Below are positions 1-7,214 of a DNA stretch of 35,710 nt, in pieces. Position 1 is the stretch's first letter. Each line of letters opens with the position of its first letter. The translations under genes and the position numbers were made by a program. Source of the stretch: a virus (taxonomy: Duplodnaviria > Caudoviricetes). The notes under the pieces were generated by a model that saw only the letters and a list, made by a program, of their open reading frames with translations, ran no database searches and was not told the DNA's origin. Where the stretch lies: IMG/VR virus record IMGVR_UViG_3300005263_000010, positions 1 through 35,710 of that record; one strand, given 5' to 3'.

Positions 1-565
1 TTGGGGCCGGCTTGGGCCTCGGGGCGTGGAGGGCAGCCTGGCGCTCGGGCTCGGGCAGCTTGGCGACCTCGGCGGCCCGCTTGACGCTGACCTCACCGGC
101 CTTCACGGCATCGGCCAGGCCGGCCTCGACGACGCGCTTGGCCTGGACAATGGTGCGGGGGGCCACCTCGGCAGCTGCAGCCATCTGCTCGTTGGTGACG
201 GTCTCGGGAGGGGGTGCACCGGGTGCAAGACCTCGGGTGTGCTGGTTCTCCCCCGCCCGGGCCCACTTCGACAGCTCGACCTCGGCTACGGCCTTCTGGC
301 CCGCGGTGAGGTGGCGCCGGTGGTAGTTCTGGCTCCGGACGAAGGCGACGGGGTCCTGTCCCTCGGGGAATTCGACGGTGTCGGCGTTGATGCCGAGCTG
401 TTCGCAGGCTCGGTAGCGGTGCCAGCCGTCCAGGACCTCGCCCTCGAAGATGACGATCGGGGAGCGGAGCCCGTTGGCCTTGATGTCGTTCACCAGCTCG
501 GTGAACTCCAGGTTGCTCATGGCCGGGAAGGCCGCGGAAAGGGGATGCTGGGTGCGCTGGCTCAT
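1..565 (-). CDS. ParB/Srx-like N-terminal domain + HTH protein, 5' part (continues across the circular junction at 35710..35310)
   Basis: Manual translation from ATG 565: MSQRTQHPLSAAFPAMSNLEFTELVNDIKANGLRSPIVIFEGEVLDGWHRYRACEQLG...NYHRRHLTAGQKA; the LDGxHR and NxxRRHLT motifs are typical of phage ParB-like domains; open to base 1. Confidence 0.88.
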   Translation of the reverse strand, partial: MSQRTQHPLSAAFPAMSNLEFTELVNDIKANGLRSPIVIFEGEVLDGWHRYRACEQLGINADTVEFPEGQDPVAFVRSQNYHRRHLTAGQKAVAEVELSKWARAGENQHTRGLAPGAPPPETVTNEQMAAAAEVAPRTIVQAKRVVEAGLADAVKAGEVSVKRAAEVAKLPEPERQAALHAPRPKPAP

Positions 566-717
566 GAGGCGGATTCCTCGGTCAGGTTGCGTTCAAAGGC
601 GACAAGGGTGCGGGCCTCGGCCAGGTGCTCCTCCGCGGTGGCGAAGGCCCCGGCCTGGAAGGCGTACTTGGCGAGATCGAGCAGGTTCTCGAACTTGATG
701 CGGGCGGCGGCGCTCAT
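562..717 (-). CDS. Small hypothetical protein (51 aa, MSAAARIKFENLL...)
   Basis: ATGA overlaps with both neighbours; helical, protein-like sequence. Confidence 0.65.
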   Translation of the reverse strand: MSAAARIKFENLLDLAKYAFQAGAFATAEEHLAEARTLVAFERNLTEESAS

Positions 718-920
718 TGGGCACCCACCAGCATCAGAACGAACAGGAAGACAAAGGCGAAGGCCAGGAAAGCGATCTCCCCGCGAGTGGGGGGGATGGT
801 TGGATTGCACTCCAGGCAAGGGTAGATCTCGGTGCCGGGCCCGAAGTTGATGTCAGAGCCTTGGCCCTTGAACCATCCGCGACCGCGACAGATCAGGCAT
901 TTGGGATTAGGTCGGCTCAT
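714..920 (-). CDS. Small Zn-finger protein with C-terminal membrane anchor (68 aa)
   Basis: CLICRGRG...YPCLEC (DnaJ-like CxxCxGxG) followed by hydrophobic IAFLAFAFVFLFVLMLVG; ATGA overlaps. Confidence 0.7.
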   Translation of the reverse strand: MSRPNPKCLICRGRGWFKGQGSDINFGPGTEIYPCLECNPTIPPTRGEIAFLAFAFVFLFVLMLVGAQ

Positions 921-1411
921 TTGACACCGCCTTCCGCGTCCTGCAGCAGGGCCCCGCTGATGCTGTGGAGCTTGCGCAGCACCGGGATGCTGGCCACCTT
1001 CTCCGCTGAGGTCCAATCCTGGTCCTCCAGGGCCTGCACGAGCTGCTGGATCGAGTCCCCGCTGGCCTTCGCCAGAAGGCCGATGAGCACGGCCACCGGT
1101 GGGTGGCTGGAGGCCGCAGCCGCGCCGTGGGTGTAGATCCCACCGCACTGCAGGGCCAGGAATTCCATGAAGCCGGGCCCCAGCTCGTGGGTGAGGCCGG
1201 GGATCTCGTAGTCGTGCAGGCTGTCTGGGTATTGGTCGCCCTTGTAGCGCGAGAGCTGGGCCTCGGAGGTGGCGAGGCCGTAGGCCAGGGCCTTGTGGGG
1301 GATGCCGGAGAGTTCCGCCTCAAGCCGGAGGCGGCGCTTGAACTTCAGCTTGCGGGAATCAACAGATCGAGACTGGCCTTGAGTCGCGCTGCCCGCGATA
1401 TTGGGATCCAT
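917..1411 (-). CDS. CII-like phage regulatory protein
   Basis: AAGGA SD before ATG 1411; HTH-like PHKALAYGLATSEAQLSRY; lies downstream of cro and a tR1-like terminator. Confidence 0.65.
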   Translation of the reverse strand: MDPNIAGSATQGQSRSVDSRKLKFKRRLRLEAELSGIPHKALAYGLATSEAQLSRYKGDQYPDSLHDYEIPGLTHELGPGFMEFLALQCGGIYTHGAAAASSHPPVAVLIGLLAKASGDSIQQLVQALEDQDWTSAEKVASIPVLRKLHSISGALLQDAEGGVK

Positions 1412-1440
1412 GGTCGAGTCCTTGGAGGTTGCGAAGCATG

Positions 1441-1479
1441 AAAAGGGAACGCCCGAGTCAGCACGAACTGACCCGGGCG
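1441..1479 (-). terminator. tR1-like intrinsic terminator downstream of cro
   Basis: Minus strand CGCCCGGGTCAG-TTCGTG-CTGACTCGGGCG followed by TTCCCTTTT. Confidence 0.7.
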
Positions 1480-1652
1480 CGGTAAGCCTCGATCCCGGGG
1501 GCAGCCAGGAGGGAGGGAGAAGGGTTGAACCGGTGACGATGCTGACGCTGGACCAGCTGCGGCGCTTCGGGCCCCGCAACGTGCGCCTGGCGCTGGAACT
1601 GCGCTGGCCCAGCCTGAAGCGGGGCGGTGGCGTCGTTCCATGGGAGAGCCAT
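1458..1652 (-). CDS. Possible small hypothetical protein downstream of cro
   Basis: TGATG overlap with the cro stop, but the end runs into the terminator and no motif is seen. Confidence 0.3.
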   Translation of the reverse strand: MALPWNDATAPLQAGPAQFQRQAHVAGPEAPQLVQRQHRHRFNPSPSLLAAPGIEAYRARVSSC

Positions 1653-1906
1653 CAGGAGGCCCGATCCAGCGTCGAAGGATCAGGTGGATTGCCATGATGG
1701 CCAGCGCGAGGAGGCCTGGTGATCACCACCAGCTCGTGCCAGCGCTCAGGCTGACCGTAGGCCGTGGCGATGTCCCGGGCCGTGCCGGGGCTGCACCTGG
1801 ACCCGTCCAGCGCATGAAGAATGGTGGGCTTGGAAAGCCCAGTCTCCCGGATGATCCGAGCCTTGGTGCCGTGAGGGGCGGAGTTGATCTCCAATCGAAG
1901 GTCCAT
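1652..1906 (-). CDS. cro: Cro-like HTH regulator
   Basis: 84 aa with HTH TKARIIRETGLSKPTILHALDG; divergent from the repressor. Confidence 0.8.
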   Translation of the reverse strand: MDLRLEINSAPHGTKARIIRETGLSKPTILHALDGSRCSPGTARDIATAYGQPERWHELVVITRPPRAGHHGNPPDPSTLDRAS

Positions 1907-1913
1907 GACCTAG

Positions 1914-1941
1914 AAGGTAACAACATTTGTCACCCGGTCAA
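1914..1941 (-). promoter_or_regulatory. PR-like lytic promoter (TTGACC-16-TACCTT) containing operator 1916-1934
   Basis: 24/28 identical to the promoter at 3407-3434; operator GGTAACAACATTTGTCACC. Confidence 0.8.
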
Positions 1942-1960
1942 GGGATGTATTCTAATTCCA

Positions 1961-1981
1961 GGTAACGGAATCCTTTACCAT
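1961..1981 (+). promoter_or_regulatory. Degenerate operator (GGTAACGGAATCCTTTACC) overlapping the PRM-like -10 (TACCAT) of the repressor gene
   Basis: Same 19-bp GGTAAC-N7-(G)TTACC frame; TACCAT ends 6 nt before ATG 1988. Confidence 0.65.
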
Positions 1982-1987
1982 CTAACA

Positions 1988-2440
1988 ATGAAGGCATCCG
2001 GAAGCGATCCATGGACTCAGCGCCTTGTATTCAGGCAGCTGGTGGACCAATGGTTGGAGAAGAACGGGAAGGCAAAGAAGGACTTTGCTGAGGCCGCCGA
2101 GATCGCCCCCGAGTCGTTGAAGCAGTACTACTCGGGCCGGCACGTTCCCGGGCGTGACCTGGCGGTGAGGTTCGCCCGTGTCCTGGGATGCCACATCGGA
2201 GATCTACTGGGCGAGGCGTCGGATCCCGGGGAAGCCGTTCCACGCGACGAGGCCTTCGCCAACATCATGGGGATCCTGGGCCCGCATATGACCGAGGAAC
2301 TGAAGGCCCACCTGATCGGCATCGCCCAGGCCGCCCAGCCGAAACCGGCCTTGCCCATGGCAGCGGAATCACCTGCTGAGCCTTACAGCGCGGTCCAACC
2401 CACCTCGAAAGCCAAGGCTGGCCGAACCAAATCGAAGTAA
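1988..2440 (+). CDS. XRE-family HTH prophage repressor (CI/ImmR-like, no S24 autopeptidase domain)
   Basis: KKDFAEAAEIAPESLKQYYSGRHVPGRDLAVRFARVLGCHIGDLL is a typical HTH_XRE; divergent from cro; followed by an ImmA-like gene. Confidence 0.88.
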   Translation: MKASGSDPWTQRLVFRQLVDQWLEKNGKAKKDFAEAAEIAPESLKQYYSGRHVPGRDLAVRFARVLGCHIGDLLGEASDPGEAVPRDEAFANIMGILGPHMTEELKAHLIGIAQAAQPKPALPMAAESPAEPYSAVQPTSKAKAGRTKSK

Positions 2441-2451
2441 AAATCGGCTTA

Positions 2452-2474
2452 AATTGGACCAATTATGTCCAATT
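2452..2474. promoter_or_regulatory. Perfect inverted repeat AATTGGAC-N7-GTCCAATT upstream of immA
   Basis: 8-bp arms with a 7-bp spacer in AT-rich intergenic DNA. Confidence 0.45.
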
Positions 2475-2594
2475 AGAGGCGGATTTTATCCCTGTTCCGA
2501 TATTGAAAAGCAAGGACTTGTCATTGCTGTACGAGGAACATCGCAAGGTCAATGCCTTGATCTTGCGTGGTCTCGGGAGAATCCTAGCTGCCTC

Positions 2595-3059
2595 ATGAAC
2601 AACCCCACCTGGTTCTCCCGCCGCTACCCCACCCTCTCCGACCTGGAATCTCTCGCCAATGATCTGCGCACCAAGGTGGTGTGGGACGCCTTGGTGCCTG
2701 GGGCCTACATCGTCCAGGTGGCCAAGCCGGGGTGGAACGTCATCGTGCTTCCGACTGGCCTCGGTCTACTGGATGAGACCTGGCAGCTGGCGCACGAGTT
2801 GGGGCACTTGATGCTCCACCCCGGAGGCTACATCAGCGAGCACACCTACCAGCAGCAGGAGGCCCGGGCCAACGCATGGGCCGCCCGGGCCCTGATCCCC
2901 GAAGCTGCGATAAGGCGACACCGGAACGCCAGCCTGGATGCCTTCATCGCGGCGCTCTCCCGGCACTATCAGGATCTGCCCTATGAGGACTGCCAGGAGC
3001 GTAGACTGGCGGCGGAGATCGCGGCCTACCGGCTGCGCGGGATGGAGGTGGTGGCGTGA
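2595..3059 (+). CDS. immA: ImmA/IrrE-family metallopeptidase (anti-repressor)
   Basis: LAHELGH zinc motif plus EARANAWAARALIP; directly downstream of the XRE repressor. Confidence 0.9.
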   Translation: MNNPTWFSRRYPTLSDLESLANDLRTKVVWDALVPGAYIVQVAKPGWNVIVLPTGLGLLDETWQLAHELGHLMLHPGGYISEHTYQQQEARANAWAARALIPEAAIRRHRNASLDAFIAALSRHYQDLPYEDCQERRLAAEIAAYRLRGMEVVA

Positions 3060-3334
3060 ATGGTCTTCCCCACAGCGTTCAATTCGAGATTCAAGAGGCA
3101 TTTGATCGCCAACGACGCGCCAGAAAAACTAACGAAGCCGCCCAAATAGTGCTTGGGTTGGTAGTCCTTGGAGTAGGGTTGATGGCGCCAAACTACTTCC
3201 CGCTCGTGCCCGGCATTTTCCTTTGTGCTCAGACCTACTTCATTGGCTGCCAGCTCGATAGGTTCGATTGTTCCAACGAAAGAACAGAGGCGCTTCTGAA
3301 GGGAATTCTGATCGAGCTACAAAAGAAGTCCTGA
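3056..3334 (+). CDS. Small two-TM membrane protein, candidate superinfection exclusion / lysogenic conversion
   Basis: GTGA overlap with immA; hydrophobic IVLGLVVLGVGLM and LVPGIFLCAQTYFIG; visibly more AT-rich. Confidence 0.7.
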   Translation: MNGLPHSVQFEIQEAFDRQRRARKTNEAAQIVLGLVVLGVGLMAPNYFPLVPGIFLCAQTYFIGCQLDRFDCSNERTEALLKGILIELQKKS

Positions 3335-3353
3335 CGCGCATCGATACCCACTC

Positions 3354-3377
3354 AGCCCCTCTCCGGAGGGGCTTTTT
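3354..3377 (+). terminator. Intrinsic terminator ending the immunity operon
   Basis: AGCCCCTC-TCCG-GAGGGGCT-TTTT. Confidence 0.85.
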
Positions 3378-3406
3378 CGTGTTCGAAAAAAAGTTGTTCC
3401 GGGGTG

Positions 3407-3434
3407 TTGACTCGGTAACAAATGCTGTTACCTT
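3407..3434 (+). promoter_or_regulatory. PL-like lytic promoter (TTGACT-16-TACCTT) with palindromic operator 3414-3432
   Basis: GGTAACA-AATGC-TGTTACC; upstream A-tract; twin of 1914-1941. Confidence 0.85.
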
Positions 3435-3462
3435 TTCAATCACCGGCCCGGTAAGCCGATCT

Positions 3463-3482
3463 GAGGAGGCCCCATGAAGTAG
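3463..3482 (+). other. Two-codon minigene (SD GAGGAGG - ATG AAG TAG) in the PL leader
   Basis: Near-perfect SD followed by Met-Lys-stop. Confidence 0.5.
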
Positions 3483-3639
3483 CCCACGAAGACCTTGAGG
3501 AAACCGCCCCATTCCTCAGTTGTCGCCAGGCGGTTTCTCCAGGGCCCCAGCGGTTCTGAGCGATTCACCACCCCACCAACCACGCACCCCGACGGGCAGG
3601 TCGGATGCGAGAGCCGCGCCTACGCGCCACGGAGAAGCC

Positions 3640-3951
3640 ATGCCGATCCGCACCACAGAACAACAAGCCCCCGAAGCCCTGGCGGAGTTGATTCCCCAGC
3701 TCACCAAACTCACCGTCGAGCAGCCGACTACGGCCGAAATCGAAGAAGCCATCAGGGTCAGCCGCGCCATCACCCGGGCCCTCTTCGAGTGGGCTGGCGC
3801 CCGTTACTCAGCCAAGGCCCAGGCCAACATCCAGTGCCCCGCGGTCCATACCGAGAATCCCGACGATGTCGAGGCTGCACGCATCGACCGGGCCCACGTC
3901 CACCCCGCCTTCGCTCCCGCGATCAACAACTTGATGCGGAGGCCCGCATGA
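3640..3951 (+). CDS. Hypothetical protein, first gene of the PL operon
   Basis: GGAG SD, ATG 3640, ATGA overlap with the next gene. Confidence 0.75.
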   Translation: MPIRTTEQQAPEALAELIPQLTKLTVEQPTTAEIEEAIRVSRAITRALFEWAGARYSAKAQANIQCPAVHTENPDDVEAARIDRAHVHPAFAPAINNLMRRPA

Positions 3952-4769
3952 GCCTCACCCCTGGAATTCCCTTCGACCAGTACCTGGCGCTGCCGGGCCT
4001 CAGCATCAGCGCCCTGAAGGTGATGCGCGAGTCCCCGCTGAAGTACAAGCACGCCCTCACCGCTGAGCGCCACGAGACCGCATCCATGGCCCTGGGTACC
4101 GCCGCCCACCAGGCCATCCTGGAGCCCCGCCGCTTCAACCCCGCCGTGTTCACGGGCGCGACCCGCCGCGGCAAGGAATGGGATGCCTTCCAGGCTGCCC
4201 ACGCCGGCGACCTGATCATGAAGCAGGACGAGGTCGACCAGGTCCACGGCATGCGCAACTCGGTGCGCAGCTGCGCCGCTGCCATGCGCTACCTCGTGGA
4301 CGGCCAGGCCGAAGTCACCATGCAGTGGACCGACGCCGTCACGGGCCGGGCCTGCCGGGGCCGCATCGACTGGCTGACCCGCATCGACGGCCAGCCCGTG
4401 ATCGTGGACCTGAAGACCACCAAGAGCGCGAAGCCTTTCATGTTCGGTGGCCAGGCCGCGAAGCTCGGCTACCACCTGCAGCTCGCCTACTACTTCGACG
4501 GCTTCGTGGCCATCACGGGGGAGACCCCGGCCATGAAGATCATCGCCGTCGAGAACACCGCCCCGTTCGAGCCCGCGGTCTTCAGCATCCCGGAGGACGT
4601 GATTCTCCAGGGCCGCGAGGAATACCAGCAGCTTCTCACCCGCCTCGCCGAGTGCGAGGAATCCAACAACTGGCCCCCTGCCTCTGAGACCGAGTCCGAC
4701 CTGTCGCTGCCCACCTGGGCCTACGACGCCGAGGACAACGACGTCTCCGGCCTTGGCCTGATCGCGTAA
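3948..4769 (+). CDS. RecE/exodeoxyribonuclease VIII-like PD-(D/E)XK exonuclease (DUF3799-type)
   Basis: GLSISALK...MALGTAAHQAILEP...CRGRIDWL...IVDLKTT...GYHLQLAYY. Confidence 0.9.
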   Translation: MSLTPGIPFDQYLALPGLSISALKVMRESPLKYKHALTAERHETASMALGTAAHQAILEPRRFNPAVFTGATRRGKEWDAFQAAHAGDLIMKQDEVDQVHGMRNSVRSCAAAMRYLVDGQAEVTMQWTDAVTGRACRGRIDWLTRIDGQPVIVDLKTTKSAKPFMFGGQAAKLGYHLQLAYYFDGFVAITGETPAMKIIAVENTAPFEPAVFSIPEDVILQGREEYQQLLTRLAECEESNNWPPASETESDLSLPTWAYDAEDNDVSGLGLIA

Positions 4770-4779
4770 AGGAGCCCCC

Positions 4780-5199
4780 GTGGCCACCAAGAAACCCGCA
4801 ACCTACGACCAGCTCTACCCCGGCCGCTTCCTCAAGGCCGGCCTCTTCGAGGGCAAGCAGGTCACCCTCACCATCAAGGACGCCGACCTCGAGGAGCTGG
4901 AGGGCGACAAGGGCAAGCAGGTGAAGGCCATCCTGACCTTCGAGGAGACCCAGATGGGCCTCGTCTGCTGCAAGACCAACGGCCTGTGCATCAAGGCCAT
5001 GTTCGGCGACAAGCTCTCCGACTGGGTTGGGAAGAAGGTCACCCTCTTCCCCAGCAGCTGGAACGGCGAGCCGGCCATCCGCGTGTGGGGCAGCCCTGAC
5101 ATCAAGGAGGACCTCAATGTCTCCGTGGTGCTGCCGCGCAAGAAGCCCATTCCCATGGTCATGCACAAGGTCGAGCGCAAGGTCGAAGGTGCCGCATGA
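4780..5199 (+). CDS. Conserved phage protein, probable OB-fold ssDNA-binding protein
   Basis: RFLKA...LTI...KTNGLCIKAMFGDKLSDWVGKKVTLF pattern; position after the exonuclease. Confidence 0.6.
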   Translation: MATKKPATYDQLYPGRFLKAGLFEGKQVTLTIKDADLEELEGDKGKQVKAILTFEETQMGLVCCKTNGLCIKAMFGDKLSDWVGKKVTLFPSSWNGEPAIRVWGSPDIKEDLNVSVVLPRKKPIPMVMHKVERKVEGAA

Positions 5200-6143
5200 G
5201 CGAGCCCCTGGAAGGAACCATCGAACAGGGCGCCGCGCTCGTCACCATCAAGCCCAACACCGTCATGCAGGTCTTCACCGAGGGCGGCCACATCGAGCCC
5301 ATGCTGGAGGCCATCGCTGAGGAGGTCCGCAAGTTCAAGGCGGACCCCTACACCGAGGCCGGACGCAAGGCCATCGCCTCCATGGCGTTCAAGGTGGCCC
5401 GCACGAAGACCTACCTCGACGGCCTGGGCAAGGACCTGGTCGCCGACATGAAGGAGCTGCCGAAGAAGGTGGACGCCAGCCGCAAGCAGGTGCGCGACTT
5501 CCTCGACGCCCTGAAGGACGAGGTCCGGCAGCCGCTGGACCAGTGGGAAGCCGAGCAGGCCCGCATCGCCGCTGAGCGCAAGGCCCAGGAGGAAGCCGAG
5601 GCCCTCGCCAAGGAGATCGAGTTCACGCACGAGATCGCCCTGCTGATGAACGCCGACTTCGACCGGAAGAAGGCCGAGGCTGCCCAGGCCGCCGAGCAGG
5701 CCCGTCTGGAGCGCGAGGACCAGCTGCGCAGGGAAGGGGAGGAGCGGGCCCGCCGCGAGGCCCAGGAGGCTGAACAGCGCGCCCAGGAGGCTCAGCAGCG
5801 TGCCGAGGCCGAGGCTGCTGCCGCCGAGCAGCGCGCCCGGGAAGCCGAGGAACGCGCGGCCCGGGCCCAGAAGGAGGCCGACGAACGCGCCGAGCAGGCC
5901 GCCATCGAGGCCCGGCAGCGGGAGCAGGCCCGGCAGGAAGCCGCCCAGCGCGCCGAGGCCGACAAGAAGGCCGCAGCCGAGCGGGACATGGAACTGCGCC
6001 GCTCCGTGAACAACGAGATCGTGCAGGCCCTCCTGGCGCTGGAGGCGGGCCTCACCGAGCCCCAGGCCAAGGAGATCGTGAAGGGCCTGGCCCAGGGCCG
6101 GCTGCCCCGCGTCTCCATCGCCTACCACCAGGCCGCCGCGTGA
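5196..6143 (+). CDS. Conserved phage coiled-coil protein (often mislabelled TolA)
   Basis: GRKAIASMAFKVARTKTYLDGLGKDLV N-terminal block plus a long A/E/R/Q helix. Confidence 0.85.
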   Translation: MSEPLEGTIEQGAALVTIKPNTVMQVFTEGGHIEPMLEAIAEEVRKFKADPYTEAGRKAIASMAFKVARTKTYLDGLGKDLVADMKELPKKVDASRKQVRDFLDALKDEVRQPLDQWEAEQARIAAERKAQEEAEALAKEIEFTHEIALLMNADFDRKKAEAAQAAEQARLEREDQLRREGEERARREAQEAEQRAQEAQQRAEAEAAAAEQRAREAEERAARAQKEADERAEQAAIEARQREQARQEAAQRAEADKKAAAERDMELRRSVNNEIVQALLALEAGLTEPQAKEIVKGLAQGRLPRVSIAYHQAAA

Positions 6144-6289
6144 AGTGCCGCGACCGCTACTGCAAGCAGGAGGCCATGCCGGGCGATCCCCGGTGTGGCT
6201 TCCACAAGGAACAGTTCGACGAACGCACCACCGCAGCCATCGCAGACCTGAAGAAGACCGCCACCCAACCCCCACCGAGGAAACCATGA
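6140..6289 (+). CDS. 49-aa C3H Zn-finger peptide (MKCRDRYCKQEAMPGDPRCGFHKEQF...), not in the ORF track
   Basis: GTGA and ATGA overlaps at both ends; C-x4-C-x10-C-x2-H. Confidence 0.7.
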   Translation: MKCRDRYCKQEAMPGDPRCGFHKEQFDERTTAAIADLKKTATQPPPRKP

Positions 6290-7065
6290 ACGACCTGCCC
6301 CCCCGCACCGCCATCGACACCGCCCTCGTCAAGGGCAACCTGGGCTGCCAGTACCTGGAGATCCACAGCCCCACCACGCAGGACCTGAAGACCGCCGCCG
6401 AGGCGTTCAAGCAGTCCAGCGACATCCTCAAGGCCAGCCTGGTCCTGCTCGAGCACGACTGCCGCGTCGTCATGGATCCGCCCGAGCCTGCGGCCGCGCC
6501 CTCCACGCCCCTCTTCGACGGCAAGGGCCAGCCCAACCCCGAGGCCGATGTAACCGCCGAGTCCGCGCCCAAGATCGCGGGTGAGCTCGGCTGCATCGAC
6601 GTCGAAGTCGTCCGCAAGTTCAAGGTGGGCGACCGGGTGAAGGATCCGGATGGCGACCTGGGAACCGTGATCGAGGATGACGGCACCGACGAAGAGAACG
6701 AGCCCTACACCGTGCAGGTTGATGGCGCCAACTATTCCATGGGCTGGAGCGCTTCGGACCTCACCCTCGTCTCTGCCGACGACGAGGCCCTCGCCGAGCC
6801 CTTCCCGACCGGCACCAAGGCCGCGCAGAAGAAGGTCTTCGAGGAGCGCCTGTCCACGCTAGAGGACATCTTCTGCGAGCGCCTCGACCTGGCCGGTAAC
6901 ACCGAGCCCTACGGCAAGCAGCTGAAGGCCTTCCGCCCCCACCGTGACGCCTGGGCCGCTGCCTGGAAGGAAGACGCCAAGGCCACCTGGCCGAAGCTCC
7001 TGGCCGCCATCGTCGAAGCCAACAAGGTCGGCACCGAGTTCGACGCCTGGGCGCCGGCGGCCTAA
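6286..7065 (+). CDS. Hypothetical protein with a central SH3/KOW-like module
   Basis: GAGG SD; KFKVGDRVKDPDGDLGTVIE...PYTVQVDG...WSASDLTLV. Confidence 0.75.
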   Translation: MNDLPPRTAIDTALVKGNLGCQYLEIHSPTTQDLKTAAEAFKQSSDILKASLVLLEHDCRVVMDPPEPAAAPSTPLFDGKGQPNPEADVTAESAPKIAGELGCIDVEVVRKFKVGDRVKDPDGDLGTVIEDDGTDEENEPYTVQVDGANYSMGWSASDLTLVSADDEALAEPFPTGTKAAQKKVFEERLSTLEDIFCERLDLAGNTEPYGKQLKAFRPHRDAWAAAWKEDAKATWPKLLAAIVEANKVGTEFDAWAPAA

Positions 7066-7214
7066 TGACCGGCCTCGCCTTCCTCATCGTCGCCGGGGCC
7101 GTGCCCTTCGTCCCCGGCGGCATCACCCTCACCCACCAGGTCCTCGAGGCCGTGGGTGAGGGGGTCTGGATCGACTACCGCACGCTGCAGGTGGGCGTGG
7201 AGTGGGAACGCTGA
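7065..7214 (+). CDS. 49-aa hypothetical protein (MTGLAFLIVAGAVPFVPGG...), not in the ORF track
   Basis: TAATG and TGATG overlaps at both ends. Confidence 0.6.
   Translation: MTGLAFLIVAGAVPFVPGGITLTHQVLEAVGEGVWIDYRTLQVGVEWER

Noticed and set aside
1640-1987. N-terminal extensions of the repressor (from 1640) and ImmA (from 2454)
   Set aside because: They overlap cro, promoters or operators; the domains begin at the internal ATGs 1988 and 2595
2503-2598. 31-aa ORF (TTG start, MKSKDLSLLYEEHRKVNALILRGLGRILAAS) overlapping the immA start by ATGA
   Set aside because: No SD at a proper distance and a weak start codon; cannot be supported without conservation data
5196-6143. TolA
   Set aside because: Similarity would be only the low-complexity Ala/Glu/Lys/Arg helix; no N-terminal TM anchor
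3804-6686. Long minus-strand ORFs 3804..4790 and 4815..6686
   Set aside because: Shadow frames of the plus-strand early genes
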